64,000 bases of DNA from Bryobacterales bacterium (lineage in GTDB: Bacteria > Acidobacteriota > Terriglobia > Bryobacterales > UBA6623). Below, piece by piece: positions 10,312 through 21,023 of the stretch. Numbering within the stretch: the first letter of the stretch is position 1; every line of letters begins with the position of its first letter. The stretch spans positions 128,001 through 192,000 of the forward strand of contig OY729427.2 in assembly GCA_963422375.2 (NCBI GenBank). The letters are read 5' to 3'. The notes beneath the pieces are model-generated. The model searched no databases and had not been told where the DNA came from. It saw only the letters and a program-made list of their open reading frames with translations. The translations under genes and the position numbers were made by a program.

Positions 10312-11100
10312 ATGACGCACGAGATCGCAACGGCGGAACTCGCGTCTCCCGGCAACGTCCGTCTCGCCTGCCGCGAGGGCAGGCACTCCGGCACGACCCG
10401 CGGCCTCGCCATGGGCTTCGTGCAGTGCAACCTCGTAGCGCTCCGCCAGAAGTACGCCTGGGAATTCCTGCTCTACTGCCAGCGGAACCAGCGGGCCTGC
10501 CCGGTCCTCGAAGTCACGGACACGGGAAACACCGAGCCAAGGCGCACGGCGCCAGGCGCCGACCTCCGAACCGACCTTCCGCGCTATGCGATCTACAGGA
10601 ACGGCGTTCGCCAAGCCGACCTCACGGATGTCGCGCACCTGTGGCGCGACGACTTCGTGGCGTTCCTGATCGGATCCGGAATCACGTTCGACCAAGCGCT
10701 CGAAGACTCCGGCGTGCGCACCACCAAGGACAGGTGGGTGCTCCGGACCTCGTTGCCGACCGAGCCCGCGGGGCGGTTCGGCGGGCCGCTGGTTGTCACT
10801 ATGCGCTGGCTCCCCCCCGACCAAGCGATCACCGCCACCCAAGTCACAGCCCGCTACCCGTTCAACCACGGCGCGCCCGTTCACATCGGGGATCCGCGGG
10901 CTATCGGCGCCGATCTGGAAGACCCGTACTTCGGACCGCCCGTGTCCCAAGTGCCGGCCGAGGTCGTCCCCGTCTTCTGGGCCTGCGGCGTCACGCCGCA
11001 GGAAGCCGCGATCAACTCGGGAATCGACATGGTGATCACGCACTCGCCGGGGCACGGGTTCGTGACCGATCTGCCCGCGCGCTCCCTCGCCCTGCCATGA
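10312..11100 (+). CDS. DUF1445/UPF0317 putative hydro-lyase (D-glutamate cyclase family)
   Basis: GFVQCNLV, FLLYCQRN, ADLRTDLPRY, HGAPVHIGDP, PVFWACGVTPQ and ITHSPGHGFVTD; SD GGAGG upstream. Confidence 0.92.
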   Translation: MTHEIATAELASPGNVRLACREGRHSGTTRGLAMGFVQCNLVALRQKYAWEFLLYCQRNQRACPVLEVTDTGNTEPRRTAPGADLRTDLPRYAIYRNGVRQADLTDVAHLWRDDFVAFLIGSGITFDQALEDSGVRTTKDRWVLRTSLPTEPAGRFGGPLVVTMRWLPPDQAITATQVTARYPFNHGAPVHIGDPRAIGADLEDPYFGPPVSQVPAEVVPVFWACGVTPQEAAINSGIDMVITHSPGHGFVTDLPARSLALP

Positions 11101-11165
11101 CGCGCGAGTTCGATGGGGTTCTGGACCCGCCGCCTGGGTCGGCATGCCATACAATCGCGGACTGC

Positions 11166-12680
11166 ATGAGATTCGCGCCACTCCTACTTCCCGTCACTGC
11201 GGTGCTGCTCGGTGCCTGCTCGAGGGCCCTCGATCACGAAACGGCAGGCGAGCATCCCAACGTCGTGCTATTCGTCAGCGACACCCATCGCTGGGGCGCC
11301 ATGTCGTTCACTCAGACCCCCCAGATCCGCACGCCCCAGATGGAGCGCCTTCGCAGCCAAGGCGCCTCGCTCGACCGGCACTACGTCAACCTGCCCATCT
11401 GCACCCCCTTCAGAGCGCTGCTGATGACGGGCCGGTGGCCCTACCAGCAGGGCCTGATGGCGAATCACATGTCGCTCACCCAGCGCGTCGACATGCCGGA
11501 GGGCCGCCGAGAGCGCGGCACCATTTCCTGGGCCTTCAAGGACGCGGGCTACGCTACCGCGCATTTCGGGAAGTGGCACTTGGGCGGGCGCGACGCGCGA
11601 CCGTTCGGTTTCGACAGGTCGGTCATCTGGCAGGGCACCAACAACCACCGGCGCAGCCGCTACTCGGTCGACGGCGGCGAACTCGTCGACTGGGAGGGCC
11701 TGTCGAACTCGACAGCGACGACGGACCAAGCCTTGGAATGGATCGAGTCTTCCTCGGCTCGCGAGCGGCCGTTCTTCGCGGTGATCTCGGTCAACCCGCC
11801 GCACGGTCCGTTCCACGACGCCCCGGAGGAAACGAAGGCGCTGTACCCGGACGAACAGGCGCTGCCGTTCCACCCGCTTGACGTGACGCGGGACTTTGAG
11901 CAGCACCGGGACTACCACGCGCTGATCAGCGCCATGGATTCCGATCTCGGCCGCGTCATGGACCGGTTGGACGCGCTGGGGATTGCCGATTCCACCATCC
12001 TCGCCTACACCTCGGACCACGGCGGCATGACCGGCATCGACGGCGTCGCCTACGGCCAGAAGCGTCATCCCAACGACGAATCGGCGCGCATTCCGTTCCT
12101 AGTCCGCTGGCCGGGCCAGCTGCCCGCTGGCGTCCGCCTCGACGCCCCGACATCGACTATCGACGTGTTCCCTACCCTCGTCTCGCTGGCCGGCCTCTCC
12201 CCATCGGACCTCGGCGATTCCGCCGAGTACGCGGCATCGCTACCCGGCACCGACCTGTCCGGGCTCCTGCGGGGGGAGGCGAACGCCGCCCGGCCCGACT
12301 CGGTGTTCCTCGCTCACCCGTCGAACATGAACAATCGCGGCAGCCGCCACGAGATCGTCTGGCGCGCCGTCGTCACAGACGACTTCACCTATGCCGTGAC
12401 CGAGCAGGGCGAGCATCGGCTGTGGGCCAACACCGACGGCTACCAGAGCGCCAACCTGCTGGCCGCCCCCGCCCACGTGGACACCCGCAAGCGCCTGTGG
12501 GGGCGTCTCGACCGCTGGATGGACGAAGCCGAGAGGCCCTTCTACGACAACTGGTTCGCCCGGGCCGCCCCGAGAGAGGTGGCCGCCTGGAACGCCGAGC
12601 ACGGGCTCGAGGACAAGGGCGCGGACCGGGAGGCGGGCCGCTCGGCGGTGTTCGACCTGAACGCTTCCAAGCCCGAATAA
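11166..12680 (+). CDS. Sulfatase (Cys-type), lipoprotein
   Basis: LLGAC signal, PNVVLFVSD, CTPFRALLMTG, GKWHLG and TSDHG. Confidence 0.9.
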   Translation: MRFAPLLLPVTAVLLGACSRALDHETAGEHPNVVLFVSDTHRWGAMSFTQTPQIRTPQMERLRSQGASLDRHYVNLPICTPFRALLMTGRWPYQQGLMANHMSLTQRVDMPEGRRERGTISWAFKDAGYATAHFGKWHLGGRDARPFGFDRSVIWQGTNNHRRSRYSVDGGELVDWEGLSNSTATTDQALEWIESSSARERPFFAVISVNPPHGPFHDAPEETKALYPDEQALPFHPLDVTRDFEQHRDYHALISAMDSDLGRVMDRLDALGIADSTILAYTSDHGGMTGIDGVAYGQKRHPNDESARIPFLVRWPGQLPAGVRLDAPTSTIDVFPTLVSLAGLSPSDLGDSAEYAASLPGTDLSGLLRGEANAARPDSVFLAHPSNMNNRGSRHEIVWRAVVTDDFTYAVTEQGEHRLWANTDGYQSANLLAAPAHVDTRKRLWGRLDRWMDEAERPFYDNWFARAAPREVAAWNAEHGLEDKGADREAGRSAVFDLNASKPE

Positions 12681-12700
12681 CGGGCCCCTCGCGCCTCCGC

Positions 12701-14221
12701 TCACTGCCCAAGCAGCGGCGACGGCATGCCCTCCAGCTTCCAGTTCGGATTCTGCAGCAGCCTCCAGGAACTCGTGAACGGGTACGCGTCCCATGGCGTC
12801 GCACCGCGCTGGCGCGGGTCGTCGTGGGCTTGGAGGTAGGCGTTCAGCCGCCATTGCAGCTCCTGCCGGACCGCGGTCATCGCGGGATCGCCGGCGACGT
12901 TCCGCAACTGGTGGGGATCCTCCCGCATGTCGTAGAGCTCCTCCGCGGGCCTGCGCCCGTACGCCATCAGGTAGTAGGGGCGGATCTCTGGATCCAGCGC
13001 GTTGGCCATCAGGAAAGCCTTGGTCACGCCCCGGTCGACGTCCCCGAAGAACCCCTGCGGCGGCGCGTTGTAGTCGGGGTCGCCCGCCGGCCAGCGGTCG
13101 GGCTCGTAGTTGCGGATGTACGCGTACCGGTGTGTGCGGATCGCGCGCATCGGATACCCGACGCCTCCGCGCCGCGCGATGGTGTGACGCTCGAAAGCCG
13201 TCACTGCGAAGTCCCGCGACTCGTCAACCAAGCCGCTCTCTGAGGACCGCGCCACCGGCCACAGGCTCCTGCCGGACATCGCTGCGGGCACCTCGACCGA
13301 GGCGGCGTCGAGGATCGTCGGAGCGATATCGACGAGGCTCGCCAAGTCGTCCACGGTGCGCCCTCCCGGAATCGCCCCCGGCAGGCGGATCGCCAGTGGG
13401 ACGCGCGTTCCGGAGTCGTACAGATTGCACTTCGAGCGCGGCAGCGGGTTGCCGTGGTCGCTCGTGACGATCACCAAGGTGCTGTCGAGCTCGCCGTCCT
13501 TCTCGAGGGTCGCCAAGGCCCGCCCGAGGTGGCTGTCGAAATGCTCGATCTCGATCCCGTAGTCCAGGATCTCTCCGCGAACCTCCGGACGGTCCGGCAG
13601 CGCGCCCGGAAGCAACGCGTCGGCGAGGCTCTTGCCCGCCCTCTTCCAAGCTCCGATGTCATAGCGCTGGTGCGGCTCCGACGTGCCCAGCCAGAAGAAG
13701 AACGGCTTGTCGCGGTCCCTCTGCGCGTAGAAGTCGTCGAAGTTGGCCGCGTAGTCCAAGCTGTTCAGTCCCGGTCGGCGCTGCGACTCGGGTAATTCGC
13801 GATCAGCGAACCTCTTGCCAAAGATTTCCCGCTGCCAGCCCTCCAGCCGGCCCGGCCCCCAAGTCTTCCCGGTGGCGCCCAATTCGTAGCCGGCGTCCTC
13901 GAGCAGCAGGGTGAAGACGGTGAACTTGGACCGCAGGATGCCGAGCAGGATGCCGCCTTCCTCGAGCTCCCAGATATTGCGGCCCGTCAGTATCGCGCTG
14001 CGCGAGGGGGCGCACGACGGCGCGGAGGTGAACGCGTACCTGAACAGCACGCCCTCCCGCGCCACCCGGTCGAAGGCCGGCGTGCTGACGCCGGTGGCTC
14101 CGTAGGCGCCCGCATGCATCGCGGACTGGTCGTCCGAGATCGCGAAGAGGACGTTGGGACGGCCCTCCTGCGCGGCGGCCGCCGAAAGTGCGAGGAAGAA
14201 AAATGCCAAGCCTGCGCGCAT
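12701..14221 (-). CDS. Sulfatase (sulfamidase-like)
   Basis: PNVLFAISDD, CAPSRSAILTG, TSDHG and EELYD..DP. Confidence 0.92.
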   Translation of the reverse strand: MRAGLAFFFLALSAAAAQEGRPNVLFAISDDQSAMHAGAYGATGVSTPAFDRVAREGVLFRYAFTSAPSCAPSRSAILTGRNIWELEEGGILLGILRSKFTVFTLLLEDAGYELGATGKTWGPGRLEGWQREIFGKRFADRELPESQRRPGLNSLDYAANFDDFYAQRDRDKPFFFWLGTSEPHQRYDIGAWKRAGKSLADALLPGALPDRPEVRGEILDYGIEIEHFDSHLGRALATLEKDGELDSTLVIVTSDHGNPLPRSKCNLYDSGTRVPLAIRLPGAIPGGRTVDDLASLVDIAPTILDAASVEVPAAMSGRSLWPVARSSESGLVDESRDFAVTAFERHTIARRGGVGYPMRAIRTHRYAYIRNYEPDRWPAGDPDYNAPPQGFFGDVDRGVTKAFLMANALDPEIRPYYLMAYGRRPAEELYDMREDPHQLRNVAGDPAMTAVRQELQWRLNAYLQAHDDPRQRGATPWDAYPFTSSWRLLQNPNWKLEGMPSPLLGQ

Positions 14222-14309
14222 ACCGAATCCGGCCGCCCATTATGGCAAGGCTGCGCGGTCCCGCCGGGGCCACCGGGCTGACCCCGGGGATGCGGGCCCG
14301 GCAGGCCCG

Positions 14310-15752
14310 CTAGGCCAGCAGTCCGCCCTGCACCTGCCCGCTGACGTCCGTCAGGCGGAATTCCCTGCCCATGAAGCGGTAGGTGAGCTTCTCGTGGTCG
14401 ATGCCCATCAGGTGCAGGATCGTCGCCTGCAGGTCATGCACGTGAACCGGATCCCGCGTGATGCTCAGGCACAGATCGTCGGTCTCCCCGTGCACGTGGC
14501 CCGGCCGGACCCCTCCGCCCGCCATCCACATCGAGTAGGCCGTCGGCTGGTGGTCCCGGCCCGCGTTGGCCGCCTCTTCCGGCTTGCGGATCTCGACCAT
14601 CGGCGTGCGCCCGAACTCCCCGCCCCAGACGACCAGCGTCTCGTCCAGCAGGCCGCGCTGCCGGAGATCCTTGATGAGCGCGGCGGTGGGCCGGTCGGTC
14701 TCCTGCATGCGCTGCGGCAGCTTCCGGTTCAGGTAGGTGTGGTCGTCCCACGAGGCGTCCATCATCAGCACCGAGCGAACCCCCCGCTCGACGAGCCGAC
14801 GCGCCAGCAGGCAGTTGGTGGCGTACTGCCGACGGTGCTCGTTGTCGCTCTCGATGCCGTACATCGCGAGCGTCTCGGGGGTTTCGTCGGATAGATCGAC
14901 CAAGTCCGGCGCCTCCGCCTGCATGCGAAACGCCAGCTCGTAGGCGTTGATGCGCGAGGCGATCTCCTCGTCGCCGGTCGCTGCGTAGCGAATCCGGTTC
15001 ATGTCGCTGACGAAGCCGATGGTCTCGCGCTGGATCTCGCCGGTCACGCCCGGCGGATTGGACAAGTAGAGGATCGGGTCGCCCTGGTTGCGGAAGAGCG
15101 TTCCTTGGAAATGGGAGGGCATGAAGCCCGACGAGAAGTTCGTGGTTCCCCCGGACGTGCCCTTGCCCGAGGCCAGCACGACGAACCCGGGCAGGTTCCT
15201 CGACTCGCTGCCCAGGCCGTACAGCAGCCAGGACCCGAGGGTCGGGCGGCCCGGCACGGTAGCCCCGGTAAACAGCAGCAGCTGGCCCGGGTGATGGTTG
15301 AACGCATCCCCGTGCATCGAGCGGACCAGGCAGATCTCATCCGCGACGGAACTCAGGTGCGGTGCCAGCTCGGACAGCTCCATGCCGCACTCGCCCCGCG
15401 GCTCGAACCGGTAGCGGCTCGCCATGACCTTGGCCGTGGGCTTGATGAAGGCCAGCGTCAGGTCCTTCGTGACCGACTCTGGCAGCGACTGGCCGTCCCA
15501 GCGCTCGAGCTCGGGCTTGGGGTCGAACAGTTCGTACTGGCTGGGCCCTCCCTCCATGAACATGAAGATCACGTTCTTGGCCTTCGGGGCGAAATGCGGA
15601 GCCTTCGGCGCGAGGGGGCCGGCAGCGGTCAGGCCGTCGTCCGCCAGGAGCTCTCCCAACGCCGCGGCGCCAATGCCGCCGGCGACGGCGCGCAGGAAGT
15701 CGCGGCGTCCGTGGATCGCCCTAAACTGCGCGCGTGTCACGGCCAGTCGCAC
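14310..15752 (-). CDS. DUF1501 domain protein with Tat-like signal
   Basis: RRDFL, AKNVIFMFMEGGPSQ, CLLARRLVERGV, VVWGGEFGRTP and HVHDLQATILHLMGIDH. Confidence 0.93.
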   Translation of the reverse strand: MRLAVTRAQFRAIHGRRDFLRAVAGGIGAAALGELLADDGLTAAGPLAPKAPHFAPKAKNVIFMFMEGGPSQYELFDPKPELERWDGQSLPESVTKDLTLAFIKPTAKVMASRYRFEPRGECGMELSELAPHLSSVADEICLVRSMHGDAFNHHPGQLLLFTGATVPGRPTLGSWLLYGLGSESRNLPGFVVLASGKGTSGGTTNFSSGFMPSHFQGTLFRNQGDPILYLSNPPGVTGEIQRETIGFVSDMNRIRYAATGDEEIASRINAYELAFRMQAEAPDLVDLSDETPETLAMYGIESDNEHRRQYATNCLLARRLVERGVRSVLMMDASWDDHTYLNRKLPQRMQETDRPTAALIKDLRQRGLLDETLVVWGGEFGRTPMVEIRKPEEAANAGRDHQPTAYSMWMAGGGVRPGHVHGETDDLCLSITRDPVHVHDLQATILHLMGIDHEKLTYRFMGREFRLTDVSGQVQGGLLA

Positions 15753-15824
15753 ACCATTGTACAGGCGAGGCTCCCGGGCCGAGCCCGGTTCGGGGTCCGG
15801 CGCGCTCGTCGGGGCGCCTGCCCG

Positions 15825-16106
15825 CTAGCTGCCGCGGAAAAACACGAAGAACACCGCTCCCAAGACGATCGCGACGATGAAGAACAGCCGCCACGGAAAC
15901 GGGTCCGGCTCGTAGCCGGACCGTCCCGATTCGTAGTCCTCGCGAAGCTGCTTGCGGAAGTCCCACGAGGCTAGGGCGTACGCGGATAGGCCTACCAAGC
16001 AGGCCAAGGTACCCACGTCGCGGTACTTCTCCTGGAAGAGGCCCAGCGTGCCGAGGACCGCTCCCACGCCCAACGATACGAGGCTGGCTACACCTAGCTT
16101 GCCCAT
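15825..16106 (-). CDS. Small hypothetical membrane protein (about 3 TM segments)
   Basis: 93-aa ORF with three hydrophobic stretches, co-oriented with its neighbours. Confidence 0.65.
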   Translation of the reverse strand: MGKLGVASLVSLGVGAVLGTLGLFQEKYRDVGTLACLVGLSAYALASWDFRKQLREDYESGRSGYEPDPFPWRLFFIVAIVLGAVFFVFFRGS

Positions 16107-16141
16107 CGGGCCTCAGCGTACCCCAGACCGGCCCGGAGCGA

Positions 16142-17599
16142 TCAGGCCCCGCCGTAGTCCGCCCCTGCCGCGCTTCGCGCGCACGACTCGTCCCACTCGC
16201 GCAGCTCCCTCTTCATGGCAGCGGCAACGCCGGGCAGCGCCTCGACCAAGTTGTGACGCTCCCCCGGATCGACCGCTAGGTCGAACAGCATGTCCTCGCC
16301 GTCCCGCTCGCTGTCCAGATAGGAAAGGAGCTTGTAGCGGTCGCCGACCAGCGCGTGGTCCGGGGATCCCAGCCTGCTGCGCTTGCCGTTCTCCGCGCCG
16401 TCCGGGCACTGGAACGCGATCCGCTTCCCGCGCTCGGTCATCCCGCCGTCGATCACCGACACGAGGCTCAGCCCGTCGGCCGGCCGACCGCCGGTGGGAG
16501 GGTCCAGCCCCAGCGCGGCAGAAACGGTCGGGAAAAAGTCGCTGGTGGAAGCGGGCACGCTCGTGGACCGGCCGGCCGCGACGCGGCTCGGCCATTCCAG
16601 CAGGCCCGGCACGCGGACGCCGCCCTCGAACAGGCTGCGCTTGCGCCCGCGCAGGCCGCCGCTCGAGCCGCGGTTGTTGCGCACTTGGGGCGTCCTGCCC
16701 TCGGGCCCGTTGTCGCTGCAATACCACAGCATGGTGTCGCCCGCGACGCCCAAGGCCTTCAGTTCCGCTCGCAGCCTGCCCACTTGCTCGTCGAGCGCGG
16801 TGATGCAGCCGTAGTAGTGCTGCTCGCCCTCGCTGAATTGCGAGTACTGCGCCCGATGGGCCGGCCCCGCCAGCACCGGGCTGTGGGGCGCGTGGAACCA
16901 GATCACCGCGAAGAACGGCTTGCCCTGCCCCGTCGCATCGCGGATGAACGGGATGGCGCGGTCCATGATCACCCGCGAGTCGTCGCCCTCGAGATTCTCG
17001 GTCGCGGCCTCGCCCGGCCCGGTCCAGTACTGCGAGGGAAAGGCCTGGTCCGCCATCGGATTCCACGTCGGCATCTGCACCTCGGCCGAGAAGGAGACGT
17101 CGAAGCCGTGCTCCCAAGGCGGCGCGTAGTGCTCGGGGCGGCGTCCTCCGCGACGGCCGTCCTCGGTGTCGTTGGTCAGCGTCCCGAGATGCCACTTGCC
17201 GAAGTGTCCGGTCGCGTAGCCCTCCTGCCGGAGCACCTCCGCCAAGGTGATCTCTCCGTCCCTGATGTGGCCGGCATTCGCCGTGGGGATGCCGTAGCGA
17301 TACGGATGCCGTCCGGTCAGGGCGCTGCCGCGCGTCGGCGAGCAGACCGGGGCGCCGGAATAGAACCGGTCGAAGCGCAGACCGGCGCGGCTCATGGCGT
17401 CGAGATGAGGCGTCTTGAGAAACGGATGCCCGTTGTAGCCGGTGTCGCCCCAGCCTTGATCGTCGGCCATGCAGAGGATCACGTTCGGCCGCTTCGCTCT
17501 CGCGCCCGCGCACGCGGCAAGCGACGCGCCGGCCAGGGCCGTGGCGCAGCCTAGGACCTCCCTCCGGCTCGGCTTCTGCATCTCGTGCATCCCGTCCAC
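16142..17599 (-). CDS. Arylsulfatase-like sulfatase with Tat signal
   Basis: SRREVL, PNVILCMADDQGWGD, CSPTRGSALTG, GKWHLG, SDNG and FEGGVRVP. Confidence 0.93.
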   Translation of the reverse strand: MDGMHEMQKPSRREVLGCATALAGASLAACAGARAKRPNVILCMADDQGWGDTGYNGHPFLKTPHLDAMSRAGLRFDRFYSGAPVCSPTRGSALTGRHPYRYGIPTANAGHIRDGEITLAEVLRQEGYATGHFGKWHLGTLTNDTEDGRRGGRRPEHYAPPWEHGFDVSFSAEVQMPTWNPMADQAFPSQYWTGPGEAATENLEGDDSRVIMDRAIPFIRDATGQGKPFFAVIWFHAPHSPVLAGPAHRAQYSQFSEGEQHYYGCITALDEQVGRLRAELKALGVAGDTMLWYCSDNGPEGRTPQVRNNRGSSGGLRGRKRSLFEGGVRVPGLLEWPSRVAAGRSTSVPASTSDFFPTVSAALGLDPPTGGRPADGLSLVSVIDGGMTERGKRIAFQCPDGAENGKRSRLGSPDHALVGDRYKLLSYLDSERDGEDMLFDLAVDPGERHNLVEALPGVAAAMKRELREWDESCARSAAGADYGGA

Positions 17600-17606
17600 C
17601 TACTCC

Positions 17607-19052
17607 CTAGCGATCCAGCGCCGCTGTCGCGCCGACGGCCCCGGCCGTCTGGCCGAAACAATATATGCGGCCGGCGGTGCGGACGAACAGCCGACCGCCG
17701 GCGATGGCGGGAGTCGCATAGACATCCTCTCGCAGGTCATTCGTTCGCAACACCTTCCAGTCGGGCCCGGCCTCCAGCACGACCACCTTCCCGGCATCGC
17801 TAACCATATACACCTTGCCGTCGCCGGCCACGGGCGACGCGTAATACCCCTCCAGCGCCTCGCGCAAGCGCCCCTGCTTGAGCACGCTGCCGGACAAGGG
17901 GTCGAGCGCGGTGACGATTCCCCCGTTGCGGACCAGGTACAGCACGCCCTTGTAGAGGATCGGCGAGGAGACGTCCGGCAGGGACTTCCGGTGGCGCCAC
18001 AGCACGTGCGACTGGGTGACGTCGCCGCTCCCGCCCAGCCGAATCGCGATGCAAGCGTTCTCTGAAACGCGCCGAGCGCGATAGTGGGCCCAGTCCCTAG
18101 CGTTCATGGTGCCGTTCTTGTTGCGGTCGTGCATCTCCCAGTTGCCCGGCAGCCACCCCGCGGGGACTTCCGCCTTGTCCAGCTCGCCGTCCTGGTTCGC
18201 GTCAAACTGCGCACGCATTTCCTCGAACCGAGGCAACTCAAGGCGCACCTCCGGCTCCCCGCCGGGAGCCCATCCGTTGAAGAACAGCCGGTCGCCATGC
18301 ATGACGGGCCCGGACTTGACCTGGTAGGTCAGGCCGTCGATGCGCCAAACTTCCCGCCCGTCCGCGGCATAGGCGGTCATGCGGTACGATCCGGGCACGA
18401 CGATTTCGGTAGCGCCGCCGGCGGGTTCGTGAATCACGGGCGTCGAGAAGCTATGCACAAAGTCGGGCCGCGCCTGCTTCCAGAGAATCTCGCCGTTGCG
18501 TGGATCCAACGCCAGAATGTGAGCGTCCAGATCCTGGTCGCAGACGAGGACAAGCTTGCCGCCGACCAGAATCGGTGAGGCTCCCATCCCGTGAAAGTTC
18601 GAGAAAGGCCCCAGCGGCAGGGTCCACAGCTCCCTGCCGTCGGCACCGTACGCCACTACGCCGAACCCGCCGAAGAAGGCGTAGACGCTGCTCCCGTCAG
18701 TCACCGGGGTCGGCGATGCCTCGTCGTTCAGCCGGTGCATCTGTTCGACCCGCGCGGAAGGCGCGGCCCTGCGCCAAAGCTCGTTGCCGGTGGCTCGGTC
18801 AAGAGCGAGCGTTAGCAGCTCGCCGCCCTCGTGCCCTGTCAGGAAGACACGTGTCTCCGTCAGGACCGGGGAGGACTTGCCGGGCGGCAGCGCCGTGGAC
18901 CAGACAACGTTCGAATCGGGGCCGAATTCGACGGGCAGCGGCCCCGCCTCCGACACCCCGCTGCCGTTCGGCCCGCGGAACCGAGTCCAGTCAGACGCGA
19001 GAGCGACATTCGTGCAGAGCAAGGCCGCAAGGATCACCGCACCCAGCCGCAT
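17607..19052 (-). CDS. PQQ-binding-like beta-propeller (BamB-like) protein with EF-hand-like insert
   Basis: DWTRFRGPNGSG, repeated S/T-P blades, DANQDGELD, DRNKNGTM and YATPAIAGG. Confidence 0.88.
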   Translation of the reverse strand: MRLGAVILAALLCTNVALASDWTRFRGPNGSGVSEAGPLPVEFGPDSNVVWSTALPPGKSSPVLTETRVFLTGHEGGELLTLALDRATGNELWRRAAPSARVEQMHRLNDEASPTPVTDGSSVYAFFGGFGVVAYGADGRELWTLPLGPFSNFHGMGASPILVGGKLVLVCDQDLDAHILALDPRNGEILWKQARPDFVHSFSTPVIHEPAGGATEIVVPGSYRMTAYAADGREVWRIDGLTYQVKSGPVMHGDRLFFNGWAPGGEPEVRLELPRFEEMRAQFDANQDGELDKAEVPAGWLPGNWEMHDRNKNGTMNARDWAHYRARRVSENACIAIRLGGSGDVTQSHVLWRHRKSLPDVSSPILYKGVLYLVRNGGIVTALDPLSGSVLKQGRLREALEGYYASPVAGDGKVYMVSDAGKVVVLEAGPDWKVLRTNDLREDVYATPAIAGGRLFVRTAGRIYCFGQTAGAVGATAALDR

Positions 19053-20009
19053 CGCTAGAGGATAGCCCATGGGAGCGGCCCTGGCCGCCTGCCCCGAGGG
19101 CGGAGACCGATGAACGGAAGTCCGGACATCGATTGCCTGAATTCGGGAATGCGGGCTGTCACGTTGGTCCGCCGGCATAGCGGATTTCGAATGGCCGCGA
19201 CCATGGTGCGGCTGCCGAGACCGGGAATCTCTCGGCTCCGTCGCGTCTGGCACCGGCCGAGCGGGCGACCTGCTAGGCGATTGGCGGATTCGTCCGCTTC
19301 TCGGCGGGCCCGCCGGTCGCGGGAGCATTGCGCCAGGACCGTGCTGCCGCGGTAAGCGGCAGCGCGGGCGATCCCTCGCAGCGTCTTCCGAGCTTCCAGC
19401 AGACCAGCATCACAACCTAGGGTGGACGTCCAGCCTCGCCCGGCAGAACCCGAATGTGCATAGGTGCCAAGATGTCCCCGCTCCACTGCCTCTTCAGGGA
19501 CGCCAGCGCGCTGGAGCGCGGCGAGGCGCACCCCGACGAATAGAAGCGCTATGAATCGACGTCGGCCATCTCGACCATCCTGGCAGTGCAGAGCCATGAC
19601 AAAGTAAGGCTCGTCATGCCGAACAACAGAACGGCAGGGAATCAGCTACGGACCTCGAACGGCGACAGCAAGGAGTTACGAATCTCATTGGGCCGGTTGA
19701 TCTCACATCAGCGGTGCATCCGACACAGTGCTACATAGACGATACGGCGCTCAGGGGAGAGTAACTCCTAATCACATCAAATCACATGCATTCGGAGCAA
19801 CATATTTGCCTGCTATTTCAATTCATTCTTATTCTGTCAATCTGCTGACAAATCCTGCATTAATTGAATTGGAAATCTCGATCTCATTGTGTTAGAACTA
19901 TCAGTGTTTGGAGACAGAAATCAGAAACATGCTGGCTACATATTGGTGCATTTTCGGTTTGAAAAATTGGCTCAATGTCGAGGTCGAACTTAGTTAACTT
20001 ATCGTACAC

Positions 20010-21023
20010 TCAGGTCTTGATATTGACCCTATTTAGGATCGATTCGGCGAGACTTTGAAAACAGTCCAAGGCATCTCTCACAGCGGCGGCGTGACCTCCG
20101 AACGCGCCATCTGCATTTGTCAACCTAAAGATAGGCTTGCGGGCTTCCTGTGACATAGACACTAAACTACGGTAATGCCGAATCGTCGAAAGACAGTTTT
20201 CATCTTCTAGAGGTGTCGATGGGAAAGGGCCAACGCATTGACCTCCAAGAGCTGATGCGTATTCCTTAGGAATCCTATTGAACCACTTATCGTTTGCTTT
20301 GATTGGTCGCTTCAAGCGAACCGAATGCTGCTGAACAACGTATCCAATTGGCTTCACCTGTCCAAGAGGCAAAGGGAACTCCGGTGGATCCCAATCTTTG
20401 CGCCGTCTAGCCCAGCTTTCCCTCCACTTATTTAGAGTCGGCCCTAGATTGCGTAACGCTTGTAGAGAGAATATATCGGCTCCTAATGGTACAACGATAA
20501 AGTCGGTACAGATGAGTACAGATCGGTTGATGGCACCAAGATTAGGGCCAACGTCAACCAGAATGATTGAAGCGTCCATATCGTGCGCAGCTTGCTGAGC
20601 AACGATTGAAAACGACGTGAGAATGCGGAACGGCCGGAATCGTTCGTCCGCACCTATAGCTCTGGGCCACTCCATGGATAGAGAATCTTCAAACCACGAA
20701 AGTCCTAGGTCCCCCGGGATCAATCTCAGATTTGGATTAATCGAGGCCAATTCTGGAAACTCAATATCACCAATTTGTGTCAATGGCCTGACACATCGGT
20801 AAATGGTTGTGAGAGAGTAATTCTCGGGATTCCAGATTGTCTCGAGGCGATCTTCACTGAGAAATGCAGCCGTTAGATTCGCTTGCGGATCGAAATCACA
20901 GGCCAGCACCCTCTCACCCATATCCGAAAGCATCCATGCCAAATGGTAGACTAGAGATGTCTTCCCGACTCCTCCCTTATTGTTAAATAGGGTTACAACA
21001 GGGACATGCAGCGTGTCCATCAA
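20010..21023 (-). CDS. ParA-family ATPase
   Basis: FNNKGGVGKTSL, DFDPQANLT and ILVDVGPNLGAINR; lower GC than the backbone. Confidence 0.92.
   Translation of the reverse strand: MMDTLHVPVVTLFNNKGGVGKTSLVYHLAWMLSDMGERVLACDFDPQANLTAAFLSEDRLETIWNPENYSLTTIYRCVRPLTQIGDIEFPELASINPNLRLIPGDLGLSWFEDSLSMEWPRAIGADERFRPFRILTSFSIVAQQAAHDMDASIILVDVGPNLGAINRSVLICTDFIVVPLGADIFSLQALRNLGPTLNKWRESWARRRKDWDPPEFPLPLGQVKPIGYVVQQHSVRLKRPIKANDKWFNRIPKEYASALGGQCVGPFPSTPLEDENCLSTIRHYRSLVSMSQEARKPIFRLTNADGAFGGHAAAVRDALDCFQSLAESILNRVNIKT

Noticed and set aside
19060..20000. Possible genes between the PQQ-like gene and parA
   Set aside because: Only short or motif-less frames; probably a decayed island edge.
20010..21023. 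Plasmid or prophage partition system
   Set aside because: No parB, rep, integrase or phage structural genes; the flanks are chromosomal.
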